DNA from: Bugula neritina
Lineage: Eukaryota > Animalia > Bryozoa
Direction: 5' to 3'
Length of the DNA stretch: 64,000 nucleotides
NCBI GenBank assembly: GCA_964035545.1
Contig: OZ037766.1
Span: 32,540,773 to 32,604,772 of the forward strand
Program-made: the position numbers and the translations under genes
The notes under the pieces: generated by a model
What the model saw: only the letters and a program-made list of their open reading frames with translations
The model's database searches: none
Told to the model about the DNA's origin: nothing
Part shown: piece after piece, positions 50,901-62,691 of the stretch
How positions within the stretch are numbered: position 1 is the first letter of the stretch
Layout: every line of letters starts with the position of its first letter

Positions 50901-53141
50901 GCTTGCCTCTTCTGCTCAAGACTTTAAAGTCAAAATTTGGGACTTACAGTCGGAGACTAGTTTGACCTTGGAAGGTCATTCATCACCGGTGAGCTCAATG
51001 ATGTCTCTGCTCAATATTTCAGTTCCAACATTCAAAGGAAGTTCATTATTGAATAGGCAAGTTAGATAGACAAGCTATTGACTGTGACATTTGATTACAG
51101 ATATTAGCCATGGCGTGGAGCTCTAACGGAATATACCTTGCTACGTACAGCAAAGACTCTGTCATTAGGATCTATGAACCCCGAGCTTCTACCTCTCCTA
51201 TCAGAGAGGGCAAAGGCCCATCCGGCGGCAGGAGTGGTAGAATAGTCTGGGTCCTTAATGACTCATTTGTAGCTGTTTCGGGATTCGGCAGGTTTGTCTC
51301 CTCCCCAATTCGCTTTTATCTTTCCTGTCACTACTGTTTAGTCGCATATGTTTGGCACGTATTTTATCTAGTTAGTTCACTCGACTAGCTACTCAGTCTA
51401 CATGCACTGGACATGTATCTCTGAAGTTATCTTCTCATTGTGTATACTTATAGGGATTCCGACCGGTGTCTTCAGCTCTTTGACCCGGAAGATTTGTCGG
51501 TGGGCGTGGCCTCCGTTGGGCTAGACAACGCCCCCTCTCTTCTCATTCCTTACTACGATGCTGATAGTCACACTATATTCCTCACTGCCAAGGTCAGTTG
51601 GTACATCTTCCTGTCTAGCCGTGCCATCGTCTAGACAGTACGACCACTTTCTGTCTAGCCACCACATCGTCTAGACAGTACGACCACTTCCTGTCTAGCC
51701 ACCACATCGTCTAGACAGTACGACCACTTCCTGTCTAGCCGTGACATTGTCTAGACAGTACGGCCACTTCACTGTTCCTCCTCACGACACTGTATCATAG
51801 ATTCTCATCGTAACACTTCTTTCATATCCTGACCTGTTTGAGTATTTCCCTTTGTAGATTCAGATATGTGCTAAATATTATCTTATCTCATCTGCTTTGT
51901 TTAGACTAAGTCCTCTAGTTACTCAGAGATTAGACTAAGTCCTCTAGTTACTCAGACTGAGTTCCATGTACTCTACTTTGTTGTTGCAGGGGGATACTAT
52001 AGTACAAGCATACGAGGTGACTCCTGACGCCCCTTACTTCCAAGTTCTCTCAAGTTTCCACGTGTCCAGCCAGCACCAGGCTCTCGCGTTTCTGCCCAAG
52101 AAATGTTGTGATGTGGCAAACATCGAGTTCGCGAAAGCCTATAGGCTCACTCAGACCATGATTGAACCAATCAGCTTCACTGTACCAAGAGTCAGGGTAG
52201 GGGTACACTTTATACACTTATTTGTTGGTGAATGTGTAGAGTTTTTTCTTGCGTAGGTCAAGAAACTGACATTATTATCATGTTCATTCAGGAACTGAGC
52301 GTCTCAGGTGTTGACTGTAGAAGTTGAAGTATTTTAGTATGGAGTTGTGTCTAGCATAGAATGTATATCATGTATAGCTCTTCACATGTCTGATTATATT
52401 CAAGTGAAGTAGCCTTAGTCTTACTCAAGTCTTTGGACTTTCCTTGGATGATGTCGTTTGTGTTTCTAATTTAGTCCGAGTTCTTTCAAGATGATTTGTT
52501 TCCTGATACGTCCGTAACATGGGAGGCTAGCAGCACCTCTTCAGAGTGGTTCAGCGGTATAGATAGACAAGCTAAGGTGCTCAGTCTATTTCCAGAGGGA
52601 ATGACCAAATGTAAGAGAACTATATATCCAGGCTTACAAGTTCAGTTTACTCAGGCCACACCTCTATATACTGGATGTGGAATATTGTATATGTAAAGTA
52701 ATGAATATGTAGAAATACGTACGTGTATAGAATACTCTACGTGATGAACTCTGCACGTGTTGCAGTGTCTGAAGCTCCTCCTGAAAAGGTCAAGGAGAGA
52801 AAGTACGAGAAGTTTGACGCTGCCACTTATAAAACTGCTGCTCAAAAGAGAGATGAATTGGTGAGTTGACCTTGACATTAGTAAGTAAGTAGTCAGTGAG
52901 TAGTCAGTGAGTAGTATTAGTCAGTGATTAGTTAGTGAGTCATGTTAATCCGTGAGTAGTTAGTGAGTCATGTTAGTCAGGTAGTAGTCAGTGAGTAGTA
53001 TTAGTCAATGAATCATATGTCAGTAAGTTACTGATTCTCCAGGTGAATGCTGTCACTGCTAATCTGGACAAACACGAAGACCCGCTGCCCCAGGACCTGC
53101 AGGAGGGGGTCGACTCTGACGAGTGGAGTGATGAGGACTGA
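38902..53141 (+). CDS. CORO7: Coronin-7 / POD-1 (tandem double coronin WD40 propeller), about 963 aa, 22 exons
   Basis: Exons 38902-38967, 39418-39517, 40663-40743, 40832-41089, 41201-41331, 41885-41968, 42334-42416, 42793-42905, 43887-44032, 44312-44407, 44535-44750, 45030-45162, 49407-49588, 49965-50073, 50350-50465, 50878-50988, 51101-51291, 51454-51592, 51990-52196, 52475-52610, 52766-52860 and 53043-53141 splice in frame. Two coronin units (DFGFSPHDDSLLAT...EFHSDVFPDT; TSKFRHLKG...EFFQDDLFPDT) and an acidic C-terminus EGVDSDEW. Confidence 0.95.
40481..40642. repeat. 12-bp minisatellite (TATTACCTGGTG)
   Basis: About 13 tandem copies in a CORO7 intron. Confidence 0.95.
41576..41870. repeat. 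About 22-bp degenerate minisatellite (TAGAGATACTACAGAGTTTAGGT)
   Basis: Tandem copies running up to the acceptor at 41884. Confidence 0.9.
42056..42190. repeat. 15-bp minisatellite (TTGTATTACATTATA)
   Basis: About 9 tandem copies. Confidence 0.95.
42470..42762. repeat. Degenerate ATGCTATTATCATATCT-type tandem repeat
   Basis: Tandem copies in a CORO7 intron. Confidence 0.9.
43405..43880. repeat. 30-bp minisatellite, about 15 copies, merging into the CORO7 exon-9 acceptor
   Basis: Unit GTGAGGAGTTGTCTCTCCTATACTGTTACT; the last unit reads GGAAGAAGTTGTTTTCCTTTCAG|. Confidence 0.95.
44053..44227. repeat. 31-bp minisatellite, about 5.5 copies
   Basis: Unit TGTTCACACATGAGTATATATTGCTAGG(A/G)CG. 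Confidence 0.9.
45817..46012. repeat. About 22-bp minisatellite (CCTAGCAACTTGTTTACATGTA)
   Basis: About 8 copies in the long CORO7 intron 12. Confidence 0.9.
46923..47124. repeat. 15-bp minisatellite (ATTA(C/T)ACCTACACTC)
   Basis: About 13 copies; gives the MSVGI-repeat ORF. Confidence 0.95.
47706..48020. repeat. 33-bp TCACATG-based minisatellite
   Basis: Unit TGTCACATGCTATCACATGTCACATGGTTAGTG. Confidence 0.9.
48556..49345. mobile_element. Non-autonomous TIR DNA transposon, 790 bp, CAC termini (EnSpm/CACTA-like, tentative), in CORO7 intron 12
   Basis: About 49-bp perfect TIR CACCGGCTTTCCATGTACCGATCTCAGATCGATCTCGCTGAGATCGATC and its reverse complement ending at 49345, with subterminal AGATCGATCT repeats. 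It interrupts a short tandem repeat present on both sides. Confidence 0.9.
50495..50848. repeat. (ACTAC/ACTAT)n pentanucleotide microsatellite
   Basis: Fills most of CORO7 intron 15. Confidence 0.95.
51608..51770. repeat. 40-bp minisatellite, 4 copies
   Basis: Unit TTCCTGTCTAGCCACCACATCGTCTAGACAGTACGACCAC, with internal inverted TGTCTAG/CTAGACA. Confidence 0.9.
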
Positions 53142-55072
53142 GTGACTGTCCCGTAGCGGGTGTATTGTACCCTCGCAGTACCATATCTATGCTCCAGCGA
53201 CACTTATGATATTCCACTCTACAGGGGGCACATGCAGTCACCTGCCACAGATTCTACAGATATGTGCATCTCCTATTGTATTTCAACTGATATTAAAACT
53301 CTTACTCATCCGCTGCTGCCGCTGCCTTCTTAGTGACAATGGCAGCATTGCGATATGCAATTCATACTTCTGCATTTTGGTTTTAGGAAAAGTACTTTTT
53401 GTTCCATTTATAAACTAGATTAGCTGTTGAAGGATCTTTAGTAAATTTAACAGACAGGTTGTGATGCAATAATATTATATATGGATGATAAAATCACATC
53501 ATCTTTATTATTGGTTGGTTTCAGCTCTCCTTGCTGTGCTCTATGTGCTCATTCTCACCTTATTATTCAATTCCCTTACAGTAAAGATAATGATAGTATT
53601 TTCCTTCTTTCTACAGAAATGTCTACTAAATTTAAATAGGCAATGATACTTGTAACAGTACGATTGGGTTACCCTGTCTTTCCAAATTTTTAACCAACTG
53701 AAATTTTATCATTGAATCAAATAGTTTGTTTAGAATAACTGGTTGCTATTTTCTTATTGGCTGTATTATACTCTTTTTGTTATTAGTATTATTCAGAATA
53801 AAATTTTACAATTGTATAGCTATCGGTTTATATGTTATTGGTTAGTTTGTCATTTCTATTTATGTCACAGTTAAAACATCCGCTAATAGATCAGTATATT
53901 GTTTGTAGCAATTAGTTTACATTTGTAATGAGTGAGTTAGTGGAGAGGTCTTGTTAAATATTACGGCATGTATATGGGAGTCGTCTGCTACCCTTTGATC
54001 TCTACACGAATAACTAGTTACACTTTCAGCTTCTTACTTATAGAGGATATGAAATACAGCCACAAGATTTCTGCCAGTTGAAAGGGCAACCGTGATTAAC
54101 TACATTTCTTTTGGTCTACTCTATTTGTATAATGAAAGTTCTTCATGGTTACGGGAAACAGATTACTACACTTCAAGTAGTTTGAATATATAGAGCTTGT
54201 GTCTGGCATTAGCTGGTGGCAGCGTTATTCTGGCAGCACAAGTTTTGTTCTCTCATAATCATCACTTACATTCTCTTTACCCAAACTAAAACAAGGGTTG
54301 CTAGATGGAAAAGGAGGGATGTTATCACGCATTCACTACAGACTGTTTACTAGAGAGCCTTTGTGCTCTTGCAAAAGTACTGGTGAAGAACATGGCTTCC
54401 ATGGATCAAATGTCCATCGAACTTATGGTGGTTTTTTCAAAATGTATTTCATCAAGTTTCTATTCATCATTGAAATTCATTTGTAGTTGATTGCTTTGTT
54501 TGTTTTCTCCTTTTAAACTGTTACCTTCAAAACTGAGTGTAGCCACCAAAGGTACAAGTTGGTCAGCTTGACCTATTTACAGTTTCTTGTGCATTCTCTA
54601 CTGCCTTCTCAGGAATTGTCTGCTCTTCACAATGAGCTTCTGGGGGGGGGGGGGCTCAGACAGTGTTTAACTCAGCTAACCCTGGTCATTGTTTTTGGTA
54701 CCACTTATTGCTGTGTCCTGAAACCAAACTGATGTCTCAGTTTGAGTGATTTTCAGTTTTGTAAAATGTTTATATTTTAAAAACAAATCAACAAAAAATA
54801 GGCTGTAGTTAGATGTCTACCGTCATAGATGCAGGTGACTCATGTATAACATGGAGAATAAATTGGCATAAAATCCTTTATATAGAAGTTATAAAATACT
54901 GTGTATAGAAACTATAAAATACTGTGTATAGGAACTAAGAAACGTGATATATAGAAACTATAGAATACCGCATATATAAAATATAGAATACTGTATGCAT
55001 AAAATATAGAATACTACACCAACAAGCATCAGGTTTCTACATTGAGGTGTGCAGTAAGTTTAATGCTCAGTT

Positions 55073-58000
55073 TTATTCTTCTTCTGCTTCCATGAGATGT
55101 TTTTGAGAGTCTTGAATCTCTTCGTTAGAGTCTCTACGGCTTCTATATGAGCAAATAGTCATAGTTTCAGCTTCTGAGTCGTAGATTGGGTTAGACACTG
55201 GTACGAAGTTATGCTGCCTTTGCTTCCTATAACACAATATAAAATGCTGCCTTAGTATATGTTGATGAGAAAAAACCTAGTAGACTACTTGCTGGAGTAG
55301 AAAAACTAAACAACATGGGTATCTAAGATTTGATATATTCAAGTTATTAAACTACAACAGCCATAGGTAGCAAGCTCTGAAATGCTTCTAACTAGTGAAA
55401 TTCATTACTGTTTAATTATTAGTTATAGAACGTACCTCCTTTTTATCAGCATCCATATAATGATAGCAATGACAGCAACCACAAAGAAAGAGGGAATTAG
55501 AGAGCCAATTACAACAGATTTATCTTTCTTGCTAGAAAATTCCCTCTTTGCTGATGCAATTCTTTTAGCGTAATTACGCTGTGCTGGGCCCTCTGCTAAG
55601 CTGCTGTTCCTGCTCAATTCAACTGCTGCCTTAGATTTATTTCCAGTCAAGCTTTCTGGTGTAGATTGGTGAAATTGTTGTGTCGGTTTAGCTGTTACCT
55701 TCAACACAGAATATTTGTAACCAACATTTTTAGTTTCACTGACATTATTAAAAATCACTCTTCGACTACTCTGTGTTGTACTGCTGCTAGCGTAATCTGG
55801 ACTGATCAATGTCCATCTTTCTGAATTGGTTGGTTGTTTATAACGGGTATTGTCAGAATTATTAAAGATTGCATTTTCAGCTTGAAAAGGTGAAACAGTG
55901 CTGGAATTTATATCTTCTTTACTTTCTTTTGTCAGCTTCAGGTCCAAGTCTGTAATTTTCGATATTGACGAAGTGGTTTGCTGAGTTAAGACAGAAGTAT
56001 AATTTGTAGCAGAAACTGTGCTGGTTGATGTTAAAGTTTGTTTTGTTGTAAGATCAGATTTAGCAGATTGACTTAGGGTTGTGTTTGGTAGAGGAAAAGT
56101 GTTGGCTTCTTTGGGTTCCACTTCGGTCACACCCGGCTGTTCGGTTGTTGCAGCGAGTGTGTGCTTCTTGAGAAGAGTTTTTGTAGAAAGAGAAGCAGTG
56201 GTTGGACTTTGGGAAGTTCTATTACTTGTTTCTACTGTTGAGGTTGAAAGGACTTTCTTTTCTGTATACCGATTTAGAAAAGTTTCTGATGGCAGATAAT
56301 AAGTAGTGTAATTTTTCAGAGTTTCTGTGGTGCGTACAGTGGTGTCTGGGATCATTTCTGTGCTATGTACGGTAGTATCTGAGTTTGTTTCTGTGGTGCG
56401 TACAGTGGTGTCTGGAACTGCTTCTGCAATACTTACAGTAGTGCCTGGAACTGCTTCTGTAGTACTTACAGTAGTGTCTGGAACTGCTTCTGTAGTACTT
56501 ACAGTGGTGTCTGGGATTTTCTTTGCTGTTATAGACTTCTCATCATCCTCAGTGTACAGAAGCACTTCATTTGTTGCTGATTCGGTAGTAAACGCAGCTG
56601 TCAGCCTTTCTAAGCTAGTTTTAGCAGCTGTGGTCGTTTCTATTCCTACAAATAAAATTCATACATTTCTAAAAATAATTTCAATATTTTAGTTTACTAA
56701 ATTAATATAAATACACACCTGCAACAGCAAGTTTATGTTTATTTCTATATTATAATATTTAAAGCAAATTAAGTTGGGACTACCAATTTACATACATAAA
56801 AATTGCATCTATCAAAATCTGCAGAGATAGTTTATCTGCAAGTCAAATACACCTTCGTAGTTAAACGGCACCATGGTGAATTTTGTTCACATAGCATGAC
56901 TAACTAATTTATAAGCTTGGGTTATCTTAATGTGGCGCTGCTGTCTGGTAGAGATAATATTAAGCAAAGTCTAATCAATAGTAAGGCATGCCATACGCAA
57001 ACATAGCTTTGTTTCTTTGTCTTTTAATTTGGATTAACAGAACCATTTTTAATTCTATTAGATTTTAAGTTCTAGAAATAATGCTGTATTAAATAAATAG
57101 TATATATAGCCTTAATGGCTTTTCTTAGGCTTGCAACTATTATTATCATGTAACTTATCAATATTATACCTGCAGTTATTATATTATCATGTAATATATT
57201 ATACTTGTTGTCAAGTAAAGCTAATCATTCAAATAAAATTTGTTTCTTACAGCAAACAGCTTTTGGTCATAGCTCATCATATGATAGTGTTATACTGCAC
57301 AACATTAGCAAGTGAGATACAATCATTATTCAACTGAAAACATGCGTGCGTAAAGAATTTTTTGTAAAACAAAATTGCTTGCATTAGCAGCAGTACGTAT
57401 AGCTGATAACCATTGTATTTTCGGTTTTTTAATCTTCAAAAAGTCATGTTATAAAGGTCAGTGCTGCTCAAGTGTATTATGCAACAATTGATTTCAATCT
57501 ATATAAATGTTTCTGTTTCATTTGTACAAGTAACATGTTTTATGTATCATCACTTGGTCTGCAAAAATATTTGGAAAATAAATTAATTTAATGTACAGTT
57601 ATTTGCACTTTATTGTCAATTCATTTTAATATTTTGACACATTAAAGTATTTTATAGATTGAACAAACATGTATGCTTGTTTGATAGAGCCAGTTTGAAT
57701 TAATTTTAAATACCATATTATTGCAAAATATATTGAAGCCTTCTAAAGACATAAAATATTTCTAGGAAACTCCTGGTCATAAATAGCATTGAGTGACTGC
57801 ATGTAGCCTTGAGCTTAGCAAAAGACTTACCCCCTATTCACACTTACCGTATCGTACGCCGTAACAGCAAATTTTAGCGATTTTTGTTGACATCCGGGCT
57901 AAATCGCACTCCGGTATACGTTGCGGCGTTGATCAAGCAGTGCTTGATTCAGAAAATCACGGCGGGCTCCTATTGGGTAGAGTTGATCTGGTACTAAAAT

Positions 58001-61000
58001 TTAAAGAACATTTTCGCTAGTTTATTTTAATCGCTTATTTTTGATTCAATTTAACCAATTCAAAAGTTTTAAAAGATTAAAAAAATCTTTATCCGGCTTG
58101 TTTGAATTAAACTCAGCTTAAAAATCTAGCTTTCCCTAATTACAAAATCAAGCAAACCAAAAACTTAAAAATGATTTGGACGGCTTAAATATTCATTATT
58201 TAAATTAGTTTGCACAATTATTTTAAAAACGAATATATTTAAAAGAAAGATTCTTTTTATGTAATTGCTTTTATTTAGTAAATAGCATTTGTATAACATC
58301 TTTTGATAAAAATGTTGCGAATAATTTGTAAATAATATTCAACGGCGTTCAAATCACCGCAGACACGAGTTGGCTTTATTATGATTGGTCACAGCTCACC
58401 GTCATGCATGAACACCCGTTGACAAAATGCAACAGCGTCGCCATTTTATTTTTGCTGTTACGGCGTACGATACGGTAAGTGTGAATGAGGGGTTAACCGT
58501 TAGCATGCCTGCCGGTAAGCCAAGGGTCCCGGTAAGCCAAGGGTCCACGTAAGCCAAGGGTCCCGGTAAGCCAAGGGTCCCGGTAAGCCAAGGGTCCACG
58601 TAAGCCAAGGGTCCCGGTAAGCCAAGGGTCCCGGTAAGCCAAGGGTCCACGTAAGCCAAGGGTCCCGGTAAGCCAAGGGTCCCCGTAAGCCAAGGGTCCC
58701 GGTAAGCCAAGGGTCCCCGTAAGCCAAGGGTCCACGTAAGCCAAGGGTCCCGGTAAGCCAAGGGTCCCGGTAAGCCAAGGGTCCACGTAAGCCAAGGGTC
58801 CCAGTAAGCCAAGGGTCCACGTAAGCCAAGGGTCCACGTAAGCCAAGGGTCCCCGTAAGCCAAGGGTCCCGGTAAGCCAAGGGTCCACGTAAGCCAAGGG
58901 TCCCGGTAAGCCAAGGGTCCCCGTAAGCCAAGGGTCCCGGTAAGCCAAGGGTCCCCGTAAGCCAAGGGTCCCGGCTCGAATCCCAGTAGTGCAAAAGTTT
59001 TATGAAAACAAAATCCAACAACTAGTATATAAACCTCTCTTTACTCACCCTCGCATGTGGGTGGTGGACTCCAGTCCCCATCTACCATACAAGTGATAAA
59101 CTTCAGATCAGAAGTGGAGTAGCCAATCAGACACTTGTAGAACACAGTCTTGCCCACATAGAACCCAGTCAGAGACTTGATGTGAGCATTTTCAACTGGA
59201 GGGGGGATTCCACATCCTATAACTAATAGAGTATTGTTTCTTACCTTAAAGTAACTAAAGCTAGTTTGGTAGGTTAATTATTTACTGTATATAATAAGTC
59301 ATGGCTGAAATTTGCACTACAAGCTTAGACAGAACTTAAAGACTAAACTATATACACATAGACATTTTCAAATACATTTATATTATATAATAGCCATGAA
59401 ATCAAATTAAACACTATATCCATAGTTATATATAGTTGATTATACCATGGCACTCTGGTGGAATTGACCAATGACCATCTTTCTGACAGTATATAGTGCT
59501 GTTGCCAAATAGCTGGTAACCATGGAAACAGGTGTAAACAGTGATGTCATTATAATAGTGTCCACCCACTTCTCTTCTGCTATAACTCACAGCATATGGG
59601 TCCCCACACCTAGTTTCTATGTAAAACACGAGGCAGGTTAGATATATGTCTACGCTCATATACTATAGTTGTAAGGCTAATGCACCAAAGCTCTACAATA
59701 TTAATTGTATGCCATACACTATGTAGAATATTATACAGCTTGCTTTATTTCACACATCGTGAGGATTTTAAACTTCTGAGTATTAGTGTACTAAATTAAA
59801 AGCTGTTTAACAAATCTATAGGAGTTGTCATTGCTTTTACTTTCATGGTTTCTATAATTAAAATAAATTCAATTAGATTATATTATCAAGAAATAAAAAC
59901 TTCAGACTTTCTTTTAGGTAAATCGTTTGCTACTTTTGCTTTCAGTGAGTTGCTAGGCAAGCTGTTATTTTTTATGTTTCGGTGATAAATATTTGAATCA
60001 TATATTTTTGCCGTTATCAATCATTTATATTCTTTTCATTACTAAACATTTCTACAGCAGCTTTTGACGACTAGTCTTCGCCATATCTAATAATTTCAAT
60101 ATTTTCTCAATGTCTTTAAAGCAATTAAATGCAATTTTGTCATACCATGTTTTCTAACTGTGTTAACAAGATTACTCCAATGCTTATGATAGATTAGCTA
60201 GCTACGTACTTGTACAGTGGGGAGGTATAGACCACCCTAACGTGGGAAGGCATGTCACTTTTGGCTCACCAACTATCTGATACCCTGGTATACAAATATA
60301 CTTGACTATGCTGCCAACAACTGTCCCACTTGTTAGAGCTAGTTTTTCAGCATTTGCTATCTCAGGAGGGTCGGGGCAGCTTTTAGCTGTAACAAAAAAT
60401 AATGAATTTCTTATTGGAGAGCAAGCTAACATCTATATAGCGTTATAGCATCACACATAGTGCTCTTTGTACCTAAACACTCCGTATATACAGTATTATA
60501 ATAGAGAGAGATTTAGATGGTGTTATAATGACTATCATATAATGGAAAAGTTTAGTTTTATAAGTACTAACTTTGTATCTTGACTATAGACATATTAGGA
60601 GTAATGTAGGACACAAGTAATGTAGTACACAAGTAATGTAGGACAATTAGTTATAGCCCAATACTCATCAATATTTCTGTTGCTATGGTTACCTCTACAG
60701 ACTGGGGGGATTGACCAATGGCCATACACGAGACATTCTATTGTAGAGCTTCCTCTGATGTCATATCCTGCTTCACACTCGTATGTCACGTTGTCACCGT
60801 ATGAGTGCCCCGCAGTGAATGTCATGGCGTGAAGAACAGCTGGCGGTGGGCCACAAACTGTCTCTAAAAAATAATTGAACATAGTTAGTTTAGTAAATCT
60901 TGTGAGAAAATCATTTTTCAAATCACAGTTTTTGAGGCAGATGCTGCATTTAAAGAATTGATGAAAATTTTGATAAAATTATTTTAGTTGAAATAGTTCG

Positions 61001-62691
61001 ACATGCGATTGGAAGATTTTTCAAGCATCTAGATATAGAAGATTCACTCAGATATGAAAGACCCTATTTATAGAGCAGCTAAATACCACTATAGACCATC
61101 TATAGACCATTGTTAGATTAGTTTTAACATACTACTTATAGAACAGCTATAGATTGGTTATATAGAGCATAATATATGGATCACCTATAGATTGTCTATA
61201 ATATATTACTTGTAGAGAATTTATATACCACCTATAGAGCAGCAATAGATCACCTAGAACCTACATATAACCTATTTGTTAATCATTTATATAGACTATA
61301 AAGTGAGTGTTCAATAAGCTATATATAAACTACATCTAGTATATGGAGTAAGTGTTATATAATAAAAAGTGCTTATAACTTATTTCATAGTAAACCAAAA
61401 TTTATAGAATTAATTATAATTAACCTATGAAATTGTATTTGATATTTTAGAAACTTTTACTAATTCAGCCAAGCAATAGGTTTGCTAACAAACATAGTGT
61501 GCATGTATTTCAGCTAAAGTGGACTGAACTTGTAACTAGAAAAATTATAAAATATTCTAACTTAACAGCAATCAATTGAGACTGTTAAAATTATCATCGT
61601 CTAATCTAACGTCAAAATGGTGTCTAAATCTTTAACTGGACTTTTTTCATATCTCGAATTTTCTCACACATAACATTTCCAGACTTTGTGTTTTTAACTA
61701 ATAATAATATTTTTAGAAGAGGTTATGTAAAATGTGCTCACTAAAGCATAGCGGGGGTCTGGACCACGTCCCATCTTCTGTGCATCTAATAGCTGGTGAT
61801 CCCAACATGGTGTAACCAATGCTGTTACACTCGTAAGATATCTCTGAATCATAAGTTGTGTTGTATGTTTGCCTCAATAATCTTCCATGAGTCACAGTAG
61901 GGGGTAGGCCACAGTTTTTCTCTAAAAATAGCAAGAGTTTTAAATACACAGCAATGCAAACACTATACTACAGAAAGTTTTAGATGTTTTGACTTTATAA
62001 CATAGTACAGTCTTAAATAGTATATCGGAGTTGTTTTAAAATCTTATTCAAAGTTTCTGTTTATGTAATAAAAAGTTTCATGAATTGAATATTGATATTC
62101 AATTTAGCTTCATTAACATTGAACTACATCACACATGCATGTCAAAACTTCTTTAAGATTTCAACATATCAACACTTCTTTAACAATTCAACATATCAAC
62201 ACTTCAACACTTCCTCAACACTTCAACATATCAAAACTTCAACACTTAACAACATATCAGAACTTCTTTAACACTTCAAAAATTCAACACATCAATGCTT
62301 CAACACAACAACATTTAGCCACTTCCAATCATGTAAACCTAATTTAAACATTAAATAAATATTCTGCATTCAAATGGGAAAGGAACAACCAAAGTGTTCT
62401 CTTGCTTCAACAACATATTAATAATGTTCTACACACTAAATCAATACTCTATCATCAATGTAAACAATTGCGCTAGGTTGCTATGGGTAAAGTAACAGCA
62501 CAACTTACTGGAGCATGTTGGGGCTGTTGACCAATGACGGTTAGCTCGGCAGGTTATGATGGAAGACCCAGCAGTCACCTCATATCCTGGTAGACACGTG
62601 TATGACGTTGTGTCTTGGTAGTTAGTACCAGTGCTGCTTGTGGCAGCGCTGACGCTGTTGGCAACAGTTGGTGGATTACCGCAGCTAATCC
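55073..62691 (-). CDS. Sushi/CCP-domain type-I membrane protein with mucin-like stalk (5' part not identified or outside the window)
   Basis: Six phase-1 CCP exons 62691-62509, 61921-61742, 60863-60693, 60386-60210, 59616-59446 and 59222-59049 (C..PP...Y.C..GY...I.C...G.WS.PP.C). Exon 56645-55436 encodes a Thr/Ser stalk (PDTTVSTTEAV repeats) and a TM helix (VVIGSLIPSFFVVAVIAIIIWMLI-KRR). Exon 55226-55073 encodes a tail with SNPIYD. Confidence 0.88.
57830..58492. mobile_element. PIF/Harbinger-like MITE, 663 bp
   Basis: About 42-bp TIR CCCC(CT/TC)ATTCACACTTACCGTATCGTACGCCGTAACAGCAAA with a 3-bp TTA direct repeat on both sides. Confidence 0.85.
58515..58973. repeat. GC-rich 17-bp minisatellite, 27 copies (GTAAGCCAAGGGTCCNN)
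   Basis: Exactly 27 x 17 bp with variation only in the last two positions (CG, AC, CC, CA); source of three overlapping minus-strand ORFs. Confidence 0.97.

Noticed and set aside
57827-58496. piggyBac assignment for the MITE (TTAA on the right, CCC termini)
   Set aside because: The left flank is TTAC; a 3-bp TTA duplication aligns both termini without gaps, favouring PIF/Harbinger.
58402-59021. Three long minus-strand ORFs (collagen-like GLPGP) and CRISPR-like regularity
   Set aside because: Products of a stop-free 17-bp tandem repeat inside an intron; no unique spacers and no cas genes; eukaryotic context.
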